Shown: positions 15,001-26,800 of the stretch, one piece after another
How the letters are laid out: every line of letters begins with the position of its first letter
How positions within the stretch are numbered: the first letter of the stretch is position 1
Source of the DNA: Auanema rhodensis
Lineage: Eukaryota; Animalia; Nematoda
Direction: 5' to 3'
NCBI GenBank assembly: GCA_964057225.1
Contig: OZ059896.1
Span: 21,886,001 to 21,950,000, forward strand
DNA: 64,000 nucleotides
Translations under genes and position numbers: made by a program
The notes under the pieces: generated by a model
Databases searched by the model: none
The model's input: only the letters and a program-made list of their open reading frames with translations
What the model was told of the DNA's origin: nothing

Positions 15001-17531
15001 GAAGCAATGTTGAGTGTACATGGAAACTCAACATACACTAATGCATCATTTTTCAAACGCTCATAACTAATTTTTGTATTAAACGTTTCTCAATGTAGTA
15101 TAGTGCATTCGATGCGGATTTTTAAGCTGCGTCGATCTGTGTTATCAGATTTGCGCTAGCTTAAAAACGCACCGAGATATCAACTGATATAAGTTCACAC
15201 TTATATCCTCGATTTTCACATTGAAGAACTAACTTTTTCGTTGAATAACATTGTCCATCGTCTCTGCCTTGAAAAAAGAAATCTAAAAACATCTACTTTT
15301 TGCTAAATTGTTCTGGAATTTTTCGAAAAAATTTTTGTCAAAATGTTTTTGGAAGCAATGTTGAGTGTACATGAAAACTCAACATACACTAATGCATCAT
15401 TTTTCAAACGATCATAACTAATTTTTGTATTAAGCGTTTCTCAATGTAGTATAGTGCATTCGATGCGGATTTTTAAGCTGCGTCGATCTGTGTTATCAGA
15501 TTTGCGCTAGCTTGAAAATGCACCAAGATATCAACTGATGTAAGTGCACACTTATATCCTCGATTTTCACCCTGAAGAATTAATTTTCCGTTGAATAACA
15601 TTGTCCATCGTCTTTGCCTTGAAAAAAGGAATCTAAAAACATCTACTTTTTGCTAAATTATTCTGGAATTTTTCGAAAAACTTTTTGTCAAAATGTTTTT
15701 GGAAGCAATGTTGAGTGTACATGGAAACTCAACATACACTAATGCATCATTTTTCAAACGATCATAACTAATTTTTGTATCAAGCGTTTCTCAATGTAGT
15801 ATAGTGCATTCGATGCGGATTTTTAAGCTGCGTCGATCTGTGTTATCAGATTTGCGCTAGCTTAAAAACGCACCGAGATATCAACTGATATAAGTTCACA
15901 CTTATATCCTCGATTTTCACATTGAAGAACTAATTTTTTCGTTGAATAACATTGTCCATCGTCTCTGCCTTGAAAAAAGAAATCTAAAAACATCTACTTT
16001 TCGCTAAATTATTTTGAAATTTTTCGAAAAAATTTTTGTCAAAATGTTTTTGGAAGCAATGTTGAGTGTACATGAAAACTCAACATACACTAATGCATCA
16101 TTTTTCAAACGATCATAACTAATTTTTGTATTAAGCGTTTCTCAATGTAGTATAGTGCATTCGATGCGGATTTTTGAGCTGCGTCGATCTGTGTTATCAG
16201 ATTTGCGCTAGCTTAAAAATGCACCGAGATATCAACTGATATAAGTTCACACTTATATCCTCGATTTTCACCCTGAAGAATTAATTTTCCGTTGAATAAC
16301 ATTGTCCATCGTCTTTGCCTTGAAAAAAGGAATCTAAAAACATCTACTTTTTGCTAAATTATTCTGGAATTTTTCGAAAAAATTTTTGTCAAAATGTTTT
16401 TGGAAGCAATGTTGAGTGTACATGGAAACTCAACATACACTAATGCATCATTTTTCAAACGATCATAACTAATTTTTGTATTAAGCGTTTCTCAATGTAG
16501 TATAGTGCATTCGATGCGGATTTTTAAGCTGCGTCGATCTGTGTTATCAGATTTGCGCTAGCTTGAAAATGCACCAAGATATCAACTGATATAAGTGCAC
16601 ACTTATATCCTCGATTTTCACCCTGAAGAATTAATTTTCCGTTGAATAACATTGTCCATCGTGTTTGCCTTGAAAAAAGGAATCTAAAAACATCTACTTT
16701 TTGCTAAATTATTCTGGAATTTTTCGAAAAAATTTTTGTCAAAATGTTTTTGGAAGCAATGTTGAGTGTACATGGAAACTCAACATACACTAATGCATCA
16801 TTTTTCAAACGATCATAACTAATTTTTGTATTAAGCGTTTCTCAATGTAGTATAGTGCATTCGATGCGGATTTTTAAGCTGCGTCGATCTGTGTTATCAG
16901 ATTTGCGCTAGCTTGAAAATGCACCGAGATATCAACTGATATAAGTTCACACTTATATCCTCGATTTTCACCCTGAAGAATTAATTTTCCGTTGAATAAC
17001 ATTGTCCATCGTCTTTGCCTTGAAAAAAGGAATCTAAAAACATCTACTTTTTGCTAAATTATTCTGGAATTTTTCGAAAAAATTTTTGTCAAAATGTTTT
17101 TGGAAGCAATGTTGAGTGTACATGGAAACTCAACATACACTAATGCATCATTTTTCAAACGATCATAACTAATTTTTGTATTAAGCGTTTCTCAATGTAG
17201 TATAGTGCATTCGATGCGGATTTTTAAGCTGCGTCGATCTGTGTTATCAGATTTGCGCTAGCTTGAAAATGCACCAAGATATCAACTGATATAAGTGCAC
17301 ACTTATATCCTCGATTTTCACCCTGAAGAATTAATTTTCCGTTGAATAACATTGTCCATCGTCTTTGCCTTGAAAAAAGGAATCTAAAAACATCTACTTT
17401 TTGCTAAATTATTCTGGAATTTTTCGAAAAAATTTTTGTCAAAATGTTTTTGGAAGCAATGTTGAGTGTACATGGAAACTCAACATACACTAATGCATCA
17501 TTTTTCAAACGATCATAACTAATTTTTGTAT
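1..17531 (+). repeat. Left domain: 50 monomers in an imperfect 4-mer HOR (A-B-C-D, ~1403 bp) with 350/351-bp length polymorphism
   Basis: Type A is 350 bp (aattttccg, gtgcac, ttctgg). Type B has caagcg, ttcta, tcttt. Type C has tttttgag, ttcgcg, often aaagca and aacgctc. Type D has taaacg, aaaaacgc, cacattgaagaact, tctctg, catgaaa. B units start at 351, 3508, 4910, 7364, 8767, 10521, 11923 and 13326, with spacings of 1402-1403 bp where the HOR is intact. 19 of the 50 monomers are 350 bp. Confidence 0.88.
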
Positions 17532-17699
17532 CAAGCGTTTCTCAATGTAGTATAGTGCATTCGATGCGGATTTTTAAGCTGCGTCGATCTGTGTTATCAG
17601 ATTTGCGCTAGCTTAAAAACGCACCGAGATATCAACTGATATAAGTTCACACTTATATCCTCGATTTTCACCCTGAAGAATTAATTTTTTCGTTGAATA

Positions 17700-20600
17700 A
17701 CATTGTCCATCGTCTTTGCCTTGAAAAAGGAAACCTAAAAACATCTACTTTTCGCTAAATTATTTTGAAATTTTTCGAAAAAATTTTTGTCAAAATGTTT
17801 TTGGAAGCAATGTTGAGTGTACATGGAAACTCAACATACACTAATGCATCATTTTTCAAACGATCATAACTAATTTTTGTATTAAGCGTTTCTCAATGTA
17901 GTATAGTGCATTCGATGCGGAATTGTAAGCTGCGTCGATCTGTGTTATCAGATTTGCGCTAGCTTAAAAATGCACCAAGATATCAACTGATATAAGTGCA
18001 CACTTATATCCTCGATTTTTACCCTGAAGAATTAATTTTTTCGTTGAAAAACATTGTCCATCGTCTTTGCCTTGAAAAAAGGAATCTAAAAACATCCACT
18101 TTTTGCTAAATTGTTTCGAAATTTTTCGAAAAAATTTTTGTCAAAATGTTTTTGGAAGCAATGTTGAGTGTACATGGAAACTCAACATACACTAATGCAT
18201 CATTTTTCAAACGATCATAACTAATTTTTGTATTAAGCGTTTCTCAATGTAGTATAGTGCATTCGATGCGGATTTGTAAGCTGCGTCGATCTGTGTTATC
18301 AGATTTGCGCTAGCTTAAAAATGCACCAAGATATCAACTGATATAAGTGCACACTTATATCCTCGATTTTTACCCTGAAGAATTAATTTTTTCGTTGAAA
18401 AACATTGTCCATCGTCTTTGCCTTGAAAAAAGGAATCTAAAAACATCCACTTTTTGCTAAATTATTTTGAAATTTTTCGAAAAAATTTTTGTCAAAATGT
18501 TTTTGGAAGCAATGTTGAGTGTACATGGAAACTCAACATACACTAATGCATCATTTTTCAAACGATCATAACTAATTTTTGTATTAAGCGTTTCTCAATG
18601 TAGTATAGTGCATTCGATGCGGATTTTTAAGCTGCGTCGATCTGTGTTATCAGATTTGCGCTAGCTTGAAAATGCACCAAGATATCAACTGATATAAGTG
18701 CACACTTATATCCTCGATTTTCACCCTGAAGAATTAATTTTTTCGTTGAATAACATTGTCCATCGTCTTTGCCTTGAAAAAAGAAATCTAAAAACATCTA
18801 CTTTTTGCTAAATTATTTTGAAATTTTTCGAAAAAATTTTTGTCAAAATGTTTTTGGAAACAATGTTGAGTGTACATGAAAACTCAACATACACTAATGC
18901 ATCATTTTTCAAACGATCATAACTAATTTTTGTATTAAGCGTTTCTCAATGTAGTATAGTGCATTCGATGCGGATTTCTAAGCTGCGTCGATCTGTGTTA
19001 TCAGATTTGCGCTAGCTTAAAAATGCACCGAGATATCAACTGATATAAGTTTACACTTATATCCTCGATTTTCACCCTGAAGAAATAACTTTTTCGTTGA
19101 ATAACATTGTCCATCGTCTTTGCCTTGAAAAAAGAAATCTAAAAACATCTACTTTTCGCTAAATTATTTTGAAATTTTTCGAAAAAATTTTTGTCAAAAT
19201 GTTTTTGGAAGCAATGTTGAGTGTACATGGAAACTCAACATACACTAATGCATCATTTTTCAAACGATCATAACTAATTTTTGTATTAAGCGTTCCTCAA
19301 TGTAATATAGTGCATTCGATGCGGATTTTTAAGCTGCGTCGATCTGTGATATCAGATTTGCGCTAGCTTAAAAATGCACCAAGATATCAACTGATATAAG
19401 TTCACACTTATATCCTCGATTTTCACCCTGAAGAATTAATTTTTTCGTTGAATAACATTGTCCATCGTCTTTGCCTTGAAAAAGGAAACCTAAAAACATC
19501 TACTTTTCGCTAAATTATTTTGAAATTTTTCGAAAAAATTTTTGTCAAAATGTTTTTGGAAGCAATGTTGAGTGTACATGGAAACTCAACATACACTAAT
19601 GCATCATTTTTCAAACGATCATAACTAATTTTTGTATTAAGCGTTTCTCAATGTAGTATAGTGCATTCGATGCGGATTTGTAAGCTGCGTCGATCTGTGT
19701 TATCAGATTTGCGCTAGCTTAAAAATGCACCAAGATATCAACTGATATAAGTGCACACTTATATCCTCGATTTTTACCCTGAAGAATTAATTTTTTCGTT
19801 GAAAAACATTGTCCATCGTCTTTGCCTTGAAAAAAGGAATCTAAAAACATCCACTTTTTGCTAAATTATTTCGAAATTTTTCGAAAAAATTTTTGTCAAA
19901 ATGTTTTTGGAAGCAATGTTGAGTGTACATGGAAACTCAACATACACTAATGCATCATTTTTCAAACGATCATAACTAATTTTTGTATTAAGCGTTTCTC
20001 AATGTAGTATAGTGCATTCGATGCGGATTTGTAAGCTGCGTCGATCTGTGTTATCAGATTTGCGCTAGCTTAAAAATGCACCAAGATATCAACTGATATA
20101 AGTGCACACTTATATCCTCGATTTTTACCCTGAAGAATTAATTTTTTCGTTGAAAAACATTGTCCATCGTCTTTGCCTTGAAAAAAGGAATCTAAAAACA
20201 TCCACTTTTTGCTAAATTATTTTGAAATTTTTCGAAAAAATTTTTGTCAAAATGTTTTTGGAAGCAATGTTGAGTGTACATGGAAACTCAACATACACTA
20301 ATGCATCATTTTTCAAACGATCATAACTAATTTTTGTATTAAGCGTTTCTCAATGTAGTATAGTGCATTCGATGCGGATTTTTAAGCTGCGTCGATCTGT
20401 GTTATCAGATTTGCGCTAGCTTGAAAATGCACCAAGATATCAACTGATATAAGTGCACACTTATATCCTCGATTTTCACCCTGAAGAATTAATTTTTTCG
20501 TTGAATAACATTGTCCATCGTCTTTGCCTTGAAAAAAGAAATCTAAAAACATCTACTTTTTGCTAAATTATTTTGAAATTTTTCGAAAAAATTTTTGTCA

Positions 20601-21228
20601 AAATGTTTTTGGAAACAATGTTGAGTGTACATGAAAACTCAACATACACTAATGCATCATTTTTCAAACGATCATAACTAATTTTTGTATTAAGCGTTTC
20701 TCAATGTAGTATAGTGCATTCGATGCGGATTTCTAAGCTGCGTCGATCTGTGTTATCAGATTTGCGCTAGCTTAAAAATGCACCGAGATATCAACTGATA
20801 TAAGTTTACACTTATATCCTCGATTTTCACCCTGAAGAAATAACTTTTTCGTTGAATAACATTGTCCATCGTCTTTGCCTTGAAAAAAGAAATCTAAAAA
20901 CATCTACTTTTCGCTAAATTATTTTGAAATTTTTCGAAAAAATTTTTGTCAAAATGTTTTTGGAAGCAATGTTGAGTGTACATGGAAACTCAACATACAC
21001 TAATGCATCATTTTTCAAACGATCATAACTAATTTTTGTATTAAGCGTTCCTCAATGTAATATAGTGCATTCGATGCGGATTTTTAAGCTGCGTCGATCT
21101 GTGATATCAGATTTGCGCTAGCTTAAAAATGCACCAAGATATCAACTGATATAAGTTCACACTTATATCCTCGATTTTCACCCTGAAGAATTAATTTTTT
21201 CGTTGAATAACATTGTCCATCGTCTTTG
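17700..21228 (+). repeat. Tandemly duplicated 5-monomer block (period 1755 bp)
   Basis: Private SNPs recur at exactly +1755: ggaaacc at 17734/19489 and gcgttcc at 19295/21050. The variants ttgtaag, tttttaccc, gaaaaac, atccact, gtttaca and gtgatatc also recur one period apart. Ends are approximate. Confidence 0.88.
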
Positions 21229-23849
21229 CTTTGAAAAAAGGAATCTAAAAACATCTACTTTTTGCTAAATTATTTTGAAATTTTTCGAAAAAATTTTTGT
21301 CAAAATGTTTTTGGAAGCAATGTTGAGTGTACATGGAAACTCAACATACACTAATGCATCATTTTTCAAACGATCATAACTAATTTTTGTATTAAGCGTT
21401 TCTCAATGTAGTATAGTGCATTCGATGCGGAGTTTTAAGCTGCGTCGATCTGTGTTATCGGATTTGCGCTAGCTTAAAAATGCACCGAGATATCAACTGA
21501 TATAAGTTCACACTTATATCCTCGATTTTCACCCTGAAGAATTAATTTTTTCGTTGAATAACATTGTCCATCGTCTTTGCCTTGAAAAAAGGAATCTAAA
21601 AACATCTACTTTTTGCTAAATTATTTTGAAATTTGTCGAAAAAAGTTTTGTCAAAATGTTTTTGGAAACAATGTTGAGTGTACATGGAAACTCAACATAC
21701 ACTAATGCATCATTTTTCAAACGATCATGACTAATTTCTGTATTAAGCGTTTCTCAATGTAGTATAGTGCATTCGATGCGGACTTTTAAGCTGCGTCGAT
21801 CTGTGTTATCAGATTTGCGCTAGCTTAAAAATGCACCGAGATATCAACTGATATAAGTTCACACTTATATCCTCGATTTTCACCCTGAAGAATTAATTTT
21901 TTCGTTGAATAACAATGTCCATCGTCTTTGCCTTGAAAAAAGGAATCTAAAAACATCTACTTTTTGCTAAATTATTTTGAAATTTTTCGAAAAAATTTTT
22001 GTCAAAATGTTTTTGGAAGCAATGTTGAGTGTACATGGAAACTCAACATACACTAATGCATCATTTTTCAAACGATCATAACTAATTTCTGTATTAAGCG
22101 TTTCTCAATGTAGTATAGTGCATTCGATGCGGATTTTTAAGCTGCGTCGATCTGTGTTATCAGATTTGCGCTAGCTTGAAAATGCACCGAGATATCAACT
22201 GATATATGTTCACACTTATATCCTCGATTTTCACCCTGAAGAATTAATTTTTTCGTCGAATAACATTGTCCATCGTCTTTGCCTTGAAAAAAGGAATCTA
22301 AAAACATCTACTTTTTGCTAAATTATTCTGAAATTTTTCGAAAAAATTTTTGTCAAAATGTTTTTGGAAGCAATGTTGAGTGTACATGAAAACTCAACAT
22401 ACACTAATGCATCATTTTTCAAACGATCATAACTAATTTTTGTATTAAGCGTTTCTCAATGTAGTATAGTGCATTCGATGCGGATTTTTAAGCTGCGTCG
22501 ATCTGTGTTATCAGATTTGCGCTAGCTTAAAAATGCACCGAGATATCAACTGATATCTGTTCACACTTATATCCTCGATTTTCACCCTGAAGAATTAATT
22601 TTTTCGTTGAATAACATTGTCCATCGTCTTTGCTTTGAAAAAAGGAATCTAAAAACATTTACTTTTTGCTAAATTATTTTGAAATTTTTCGAAAAAATTT
22701 TTGTCAAAATGTTTTTGGAAGCAATGTTGAGTGTACATGGAAACTCAACATACACTAATGCATCATTTTTCAAACGATCATAACTAATTTTTGTATTAAG
22801 CGTTTCTCAATGTAGTTTAGTGCATTCGATGCGGATTTTTAAGCTGCGTCGATCTGTGTTATCAGATTTGCGCTAGCTTAAAAATGCACCGAGATATCAA
22901 CTAATATCTGTTCACACTTATATCCTCGATTTTCACCCTGAAGAATTAATTTTTTCGTTGAATAACATTGTCCATCGTCTTTGCCTTGAAAAAAGGAATC
23001 TAAAAACATCTACTTTTTGCTAAATTATTTTGAAATTTTTCGAAAAAATTTTTGTCAAAATGTTTTTGGAAGCAATGTTGAGTGTACATGGAAACTCAAC
23101 ATACACTAATGCATCATTTTTCAAACGATCATAACTAATTTTTGTATTAAGCGTTTCTCAATGTAGTATAGTGCATTCGATGCGGATTTTTAAACTGCGT
23201 CGATCTGTGTTATCAGATTTGCGCTAGCTTAAAAATGCACCGAGATATCAACTGATATAAGTTCACACTTATATCCTCGATTTTCACCCTGAAGAATTAA
23301 TTTTTTCGTTGAATAACATTGTCCATCGTCTTTGCTTTGAAAAAAGGAATCTAAAAACATCTACTTTTTGCTAAATTATTTTGAAATTTTTCGAAAAAAT
23401 TTTTGTCAAAATGTTTTTGGAAACAATGTTGAGTATACATGGAAACTCAACATACACTAATGCATCATTTTTCAAACGATCATAACTTATTTCTGTATTA
23501 AGCGTTTCTCAATGTTGTATAGTGCAATCGATGCGGATTTTTAAGCTGCGTCGATCTGTGTTATCAGATTTGCGCTAGCTTAAAAATGCACCGAGATATC
23601 AACTGATATAAGTTCACACTTATATCCTCGATTTTCACCCTGAAGAATTAATTTTTTCGTTGAATAACATTGTCCATCGTCTTTGCTTTGAAAAAAGGAA
23701 TCTAAAAACATCTACTTTTTGCTAAATTATTTTGAAATTTTTCGAAAAAATTTTTGTCAAAATGTTTTTGGAAACAATGTTGAGTGTACATGGAAACTCA
23801 ACATACACTAATGCATCATTTTTCAAACGATCATAACTAATTTCTGTAT

Positions 23850-26800
23850 AAAGCGTTTCTCAATGTAGTATAGTGCATTCGATGCGGATTTTTAAGCTGC
23901 GTCGATCTGTGTTATCAGATTTGCGCTAGCTTAAAAATGCACCGAGATATCAACTGATATCTGTTCACACTTATATCCTCGATTTTCACCCTGAAGAATT
24001 ATTTTTTTCGTTGAATAACATTGTCCATCGTCTTTGCCTTGAAAAAAGGAATCTAAAAACATTTACTTTTTGCTAAATTATTTTGAAATTTTTCGAAAAA
24101 ATTTTTGTCAAAATGTTTTTGGAAGCAATGTTGAGTGTACATGGAAACTCAACATACACTAATGCATCATTTTTCAAACGATCATAACTAATTTTTGTAT
24201 TAAGCGTTTCTCAATGTAGTTTAGTGCATTCGATGCGGATTTTTAAGCTGCGTTGATCTGTGTTATCAGATTTGCGCTAGCTTAAAAATGCACCGAGATA
24301 TCAACTGATATAAGTTCACACTTATATCCTCGATTTTCACCCTGAAGAATTAATTTTTTCGTTGAATAACATTGTCCATCGTCTTTGCCTTGAAAAAAGG
24401 AATCTAAAAACATCTACTTTTTGCTAAATTATTTTGAAATTTTTCGAAAAAATTTTTGTCAAAATGTTTTTGGAAACAATGTTGAGTGTACATGGAAACT
24501 CAACATACACTAATGCATCATTTTTCAAACGATCATAACTAATTTCTGTATTAAGCGTTTCTCAATGTAGTATAGTGCATTCGATGCGGATTTTTAAGCT
24601 GCGTCGATCTGTGTTATCAGATTTGCGCTAGCTTAAAAATGCACCGAGATATCAACTGATATAAGTTCACACTTATATCCTCGATTTTCACCCTGAAGAA
24701 TTAATTTTTTCGTTGAATAACAATGTCCATCGTCTTTGCCTTGAAAAAAGGAATCTAAAAACATCTACTTTTTGCCAAATTATTTTGAAATTTTTCGAAA
24801 AAATTTTTGTCAAAATGTTTTTGGAAACAATGTTGAGTGTACATGGAAACTCAACATACACTAATGCATCATTTTTCAAACGATCATAACTAATTTTTGT
24901 ATTAAGCGTTTCTCAATGTAGTTTAGTGCATTCGATGCGGATTTTTAAGCTGCGTCGATCTGTGTTATCAGATTTGCGCTAGCTTAAAAATGCACCGAGA
25001 TATCAACTGATATAAGTTCACACTTATATCCTCGATTTTCACCCTGAAAAATTAATTTTTTCGTTGAATAACATTGTCCATCGTCTTTGCCTTGAAAAAA
25101 GGAATCTAAAAACATCTACTTTTTGCTAAATTATTTTGAAATTTTTCGAAAAAATTTTTGTCAAAATGTTTTTGGAAGCAATGTTGAGTGTACATGGAAA
25201 CTCAACATACACTAATGCATCATTTTTCAAACGATCATAACTAATTTCTGTATTAAGCGTTTCTCAATGTAGTATAGTGCATTCGATGCGGATTTTTAAG
25301 CTGCGTCGATCTGTGTTATCAGATTTGCGCTAGCTTAAAAATGCACCGAGATATCAACTGATATATGTTCACACTTATATCCTCGATTTTCACCCTGAAG
25401 AATTAATTTTTTCGTCGAATAACATTGTCCATCGTCTTTGCCTTGAAGAAAGGAATCTAAAAACATCTACTTTTTGCTAAATTATTCTGAAATTTTTCGA
25501 AAAAATTTTTGTCAAAATGTTTTTGGAAGCAATGTTGAGTGTACATGGAAACTCAACATACACTAATGCATCATTTTTCAAACGATCATAACTAATTTTT
25601 GTATTAAGCGTTTCTCAATGTAGTATAGTGCATTCGATGCGGATTTTTAAGCTGCGTCGATCTGTGTTATCAGATTTGCGCTAGCTTAAAAATGCACCGA
25701 GATATCAACTGATATCTGTTCACACTTATATCCTCGATTTTCACCCTGAAGAATTATTTTTTTCGTTGAATAACATTGTCCATCGTCTTTGCTTCGAAAA
25801 AAGGAATCTAAAAACATCTACTTTTTGCTAAATTATTTTGAAATTTTTCGAAAAAATTTTTGTCAAAATGTTTTTGGAAGCAATGTTGAGTGTACATGGA
25901 AACTCAACATACACTAATGCATCATTTTTCAAACGATCATAACTAATTTTTGTATTAAGCGTTTCTCAATGTAGTTTAGTGCATTCGATGCGGATTTTTA
26001 AGCTGCGTCGATCTGTGTTATCAGATTTGCGCTAGCTTAAAAATGCACCGAGATATCAACTGATATAAGTTCACACTTATATCCTCGATTTTCACCGTGA
26101 AGAATTAATTTTTTCGTTGAATAACATTGTCCATCGTCTTTGCCTTGAAAAAAGGAATCTAAAAACATCTACTTTTTGCTAAATTATTTTGAAATTTTTC
26201 GAAAAAATTTTTGTCAAAATGTTTTTGGAAACAATGTTGAGTGTACATGGAAACTCAACATACACTAATGCATCATTTTTCAAACGATCATAACTAATTT
26301 CTGTATAAAGCGTTTCTCAATGTAGTATAGTGCATTCGATGCGGATTTTTAAGCTGCGTCGATCTGTGTTATCAGATTTGCGCTAGCTTAAAAATGCACC
26401 GAGATATCAACTGATATCTGTTCACACTTATATCCTCGATTTTCACCCTGAAGAATTATTTTTTTCGTTGAATAACATTGTCCATCGTCTTTGCCTTGAA
26501 AAAAGGAATCTAAAAACATTTACTTTTTGCTAAATTATTTTGAAATTTTTCGAAAAAATTTTTGTCAAAATGTTTTTGGAAGCAATGTTGAGTGTACATG
26601 GAAACTCAACATACACTAATGCATCATTTTTCAAACGATCATAACTAATTTTTGTATTAAGCGTTTCTCAATGTAGTTTAGTGCATTCGATGCGGATTTT
26701 TAAGCTGCGTTGATCTGTGTTATCAGATTTGCGCTAGCTTAAAAATGCACCGAGATATCAACTGATATAAGTTCACACTTATATCCTCGATTTTCACCCT

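Noticed and set aside
24688-24879. 63-aa minus-strand ORF from the supplied track
   Set aside because: It lies inside one monomer and begins at TTG. It exists only because a private SNP at 24776 (gctaaa>gccaaa) changes a TAG seen in the other monomers into TGG. The low-complexity K/F/I/N composition reflects A/T tracts. Not a credible gene.
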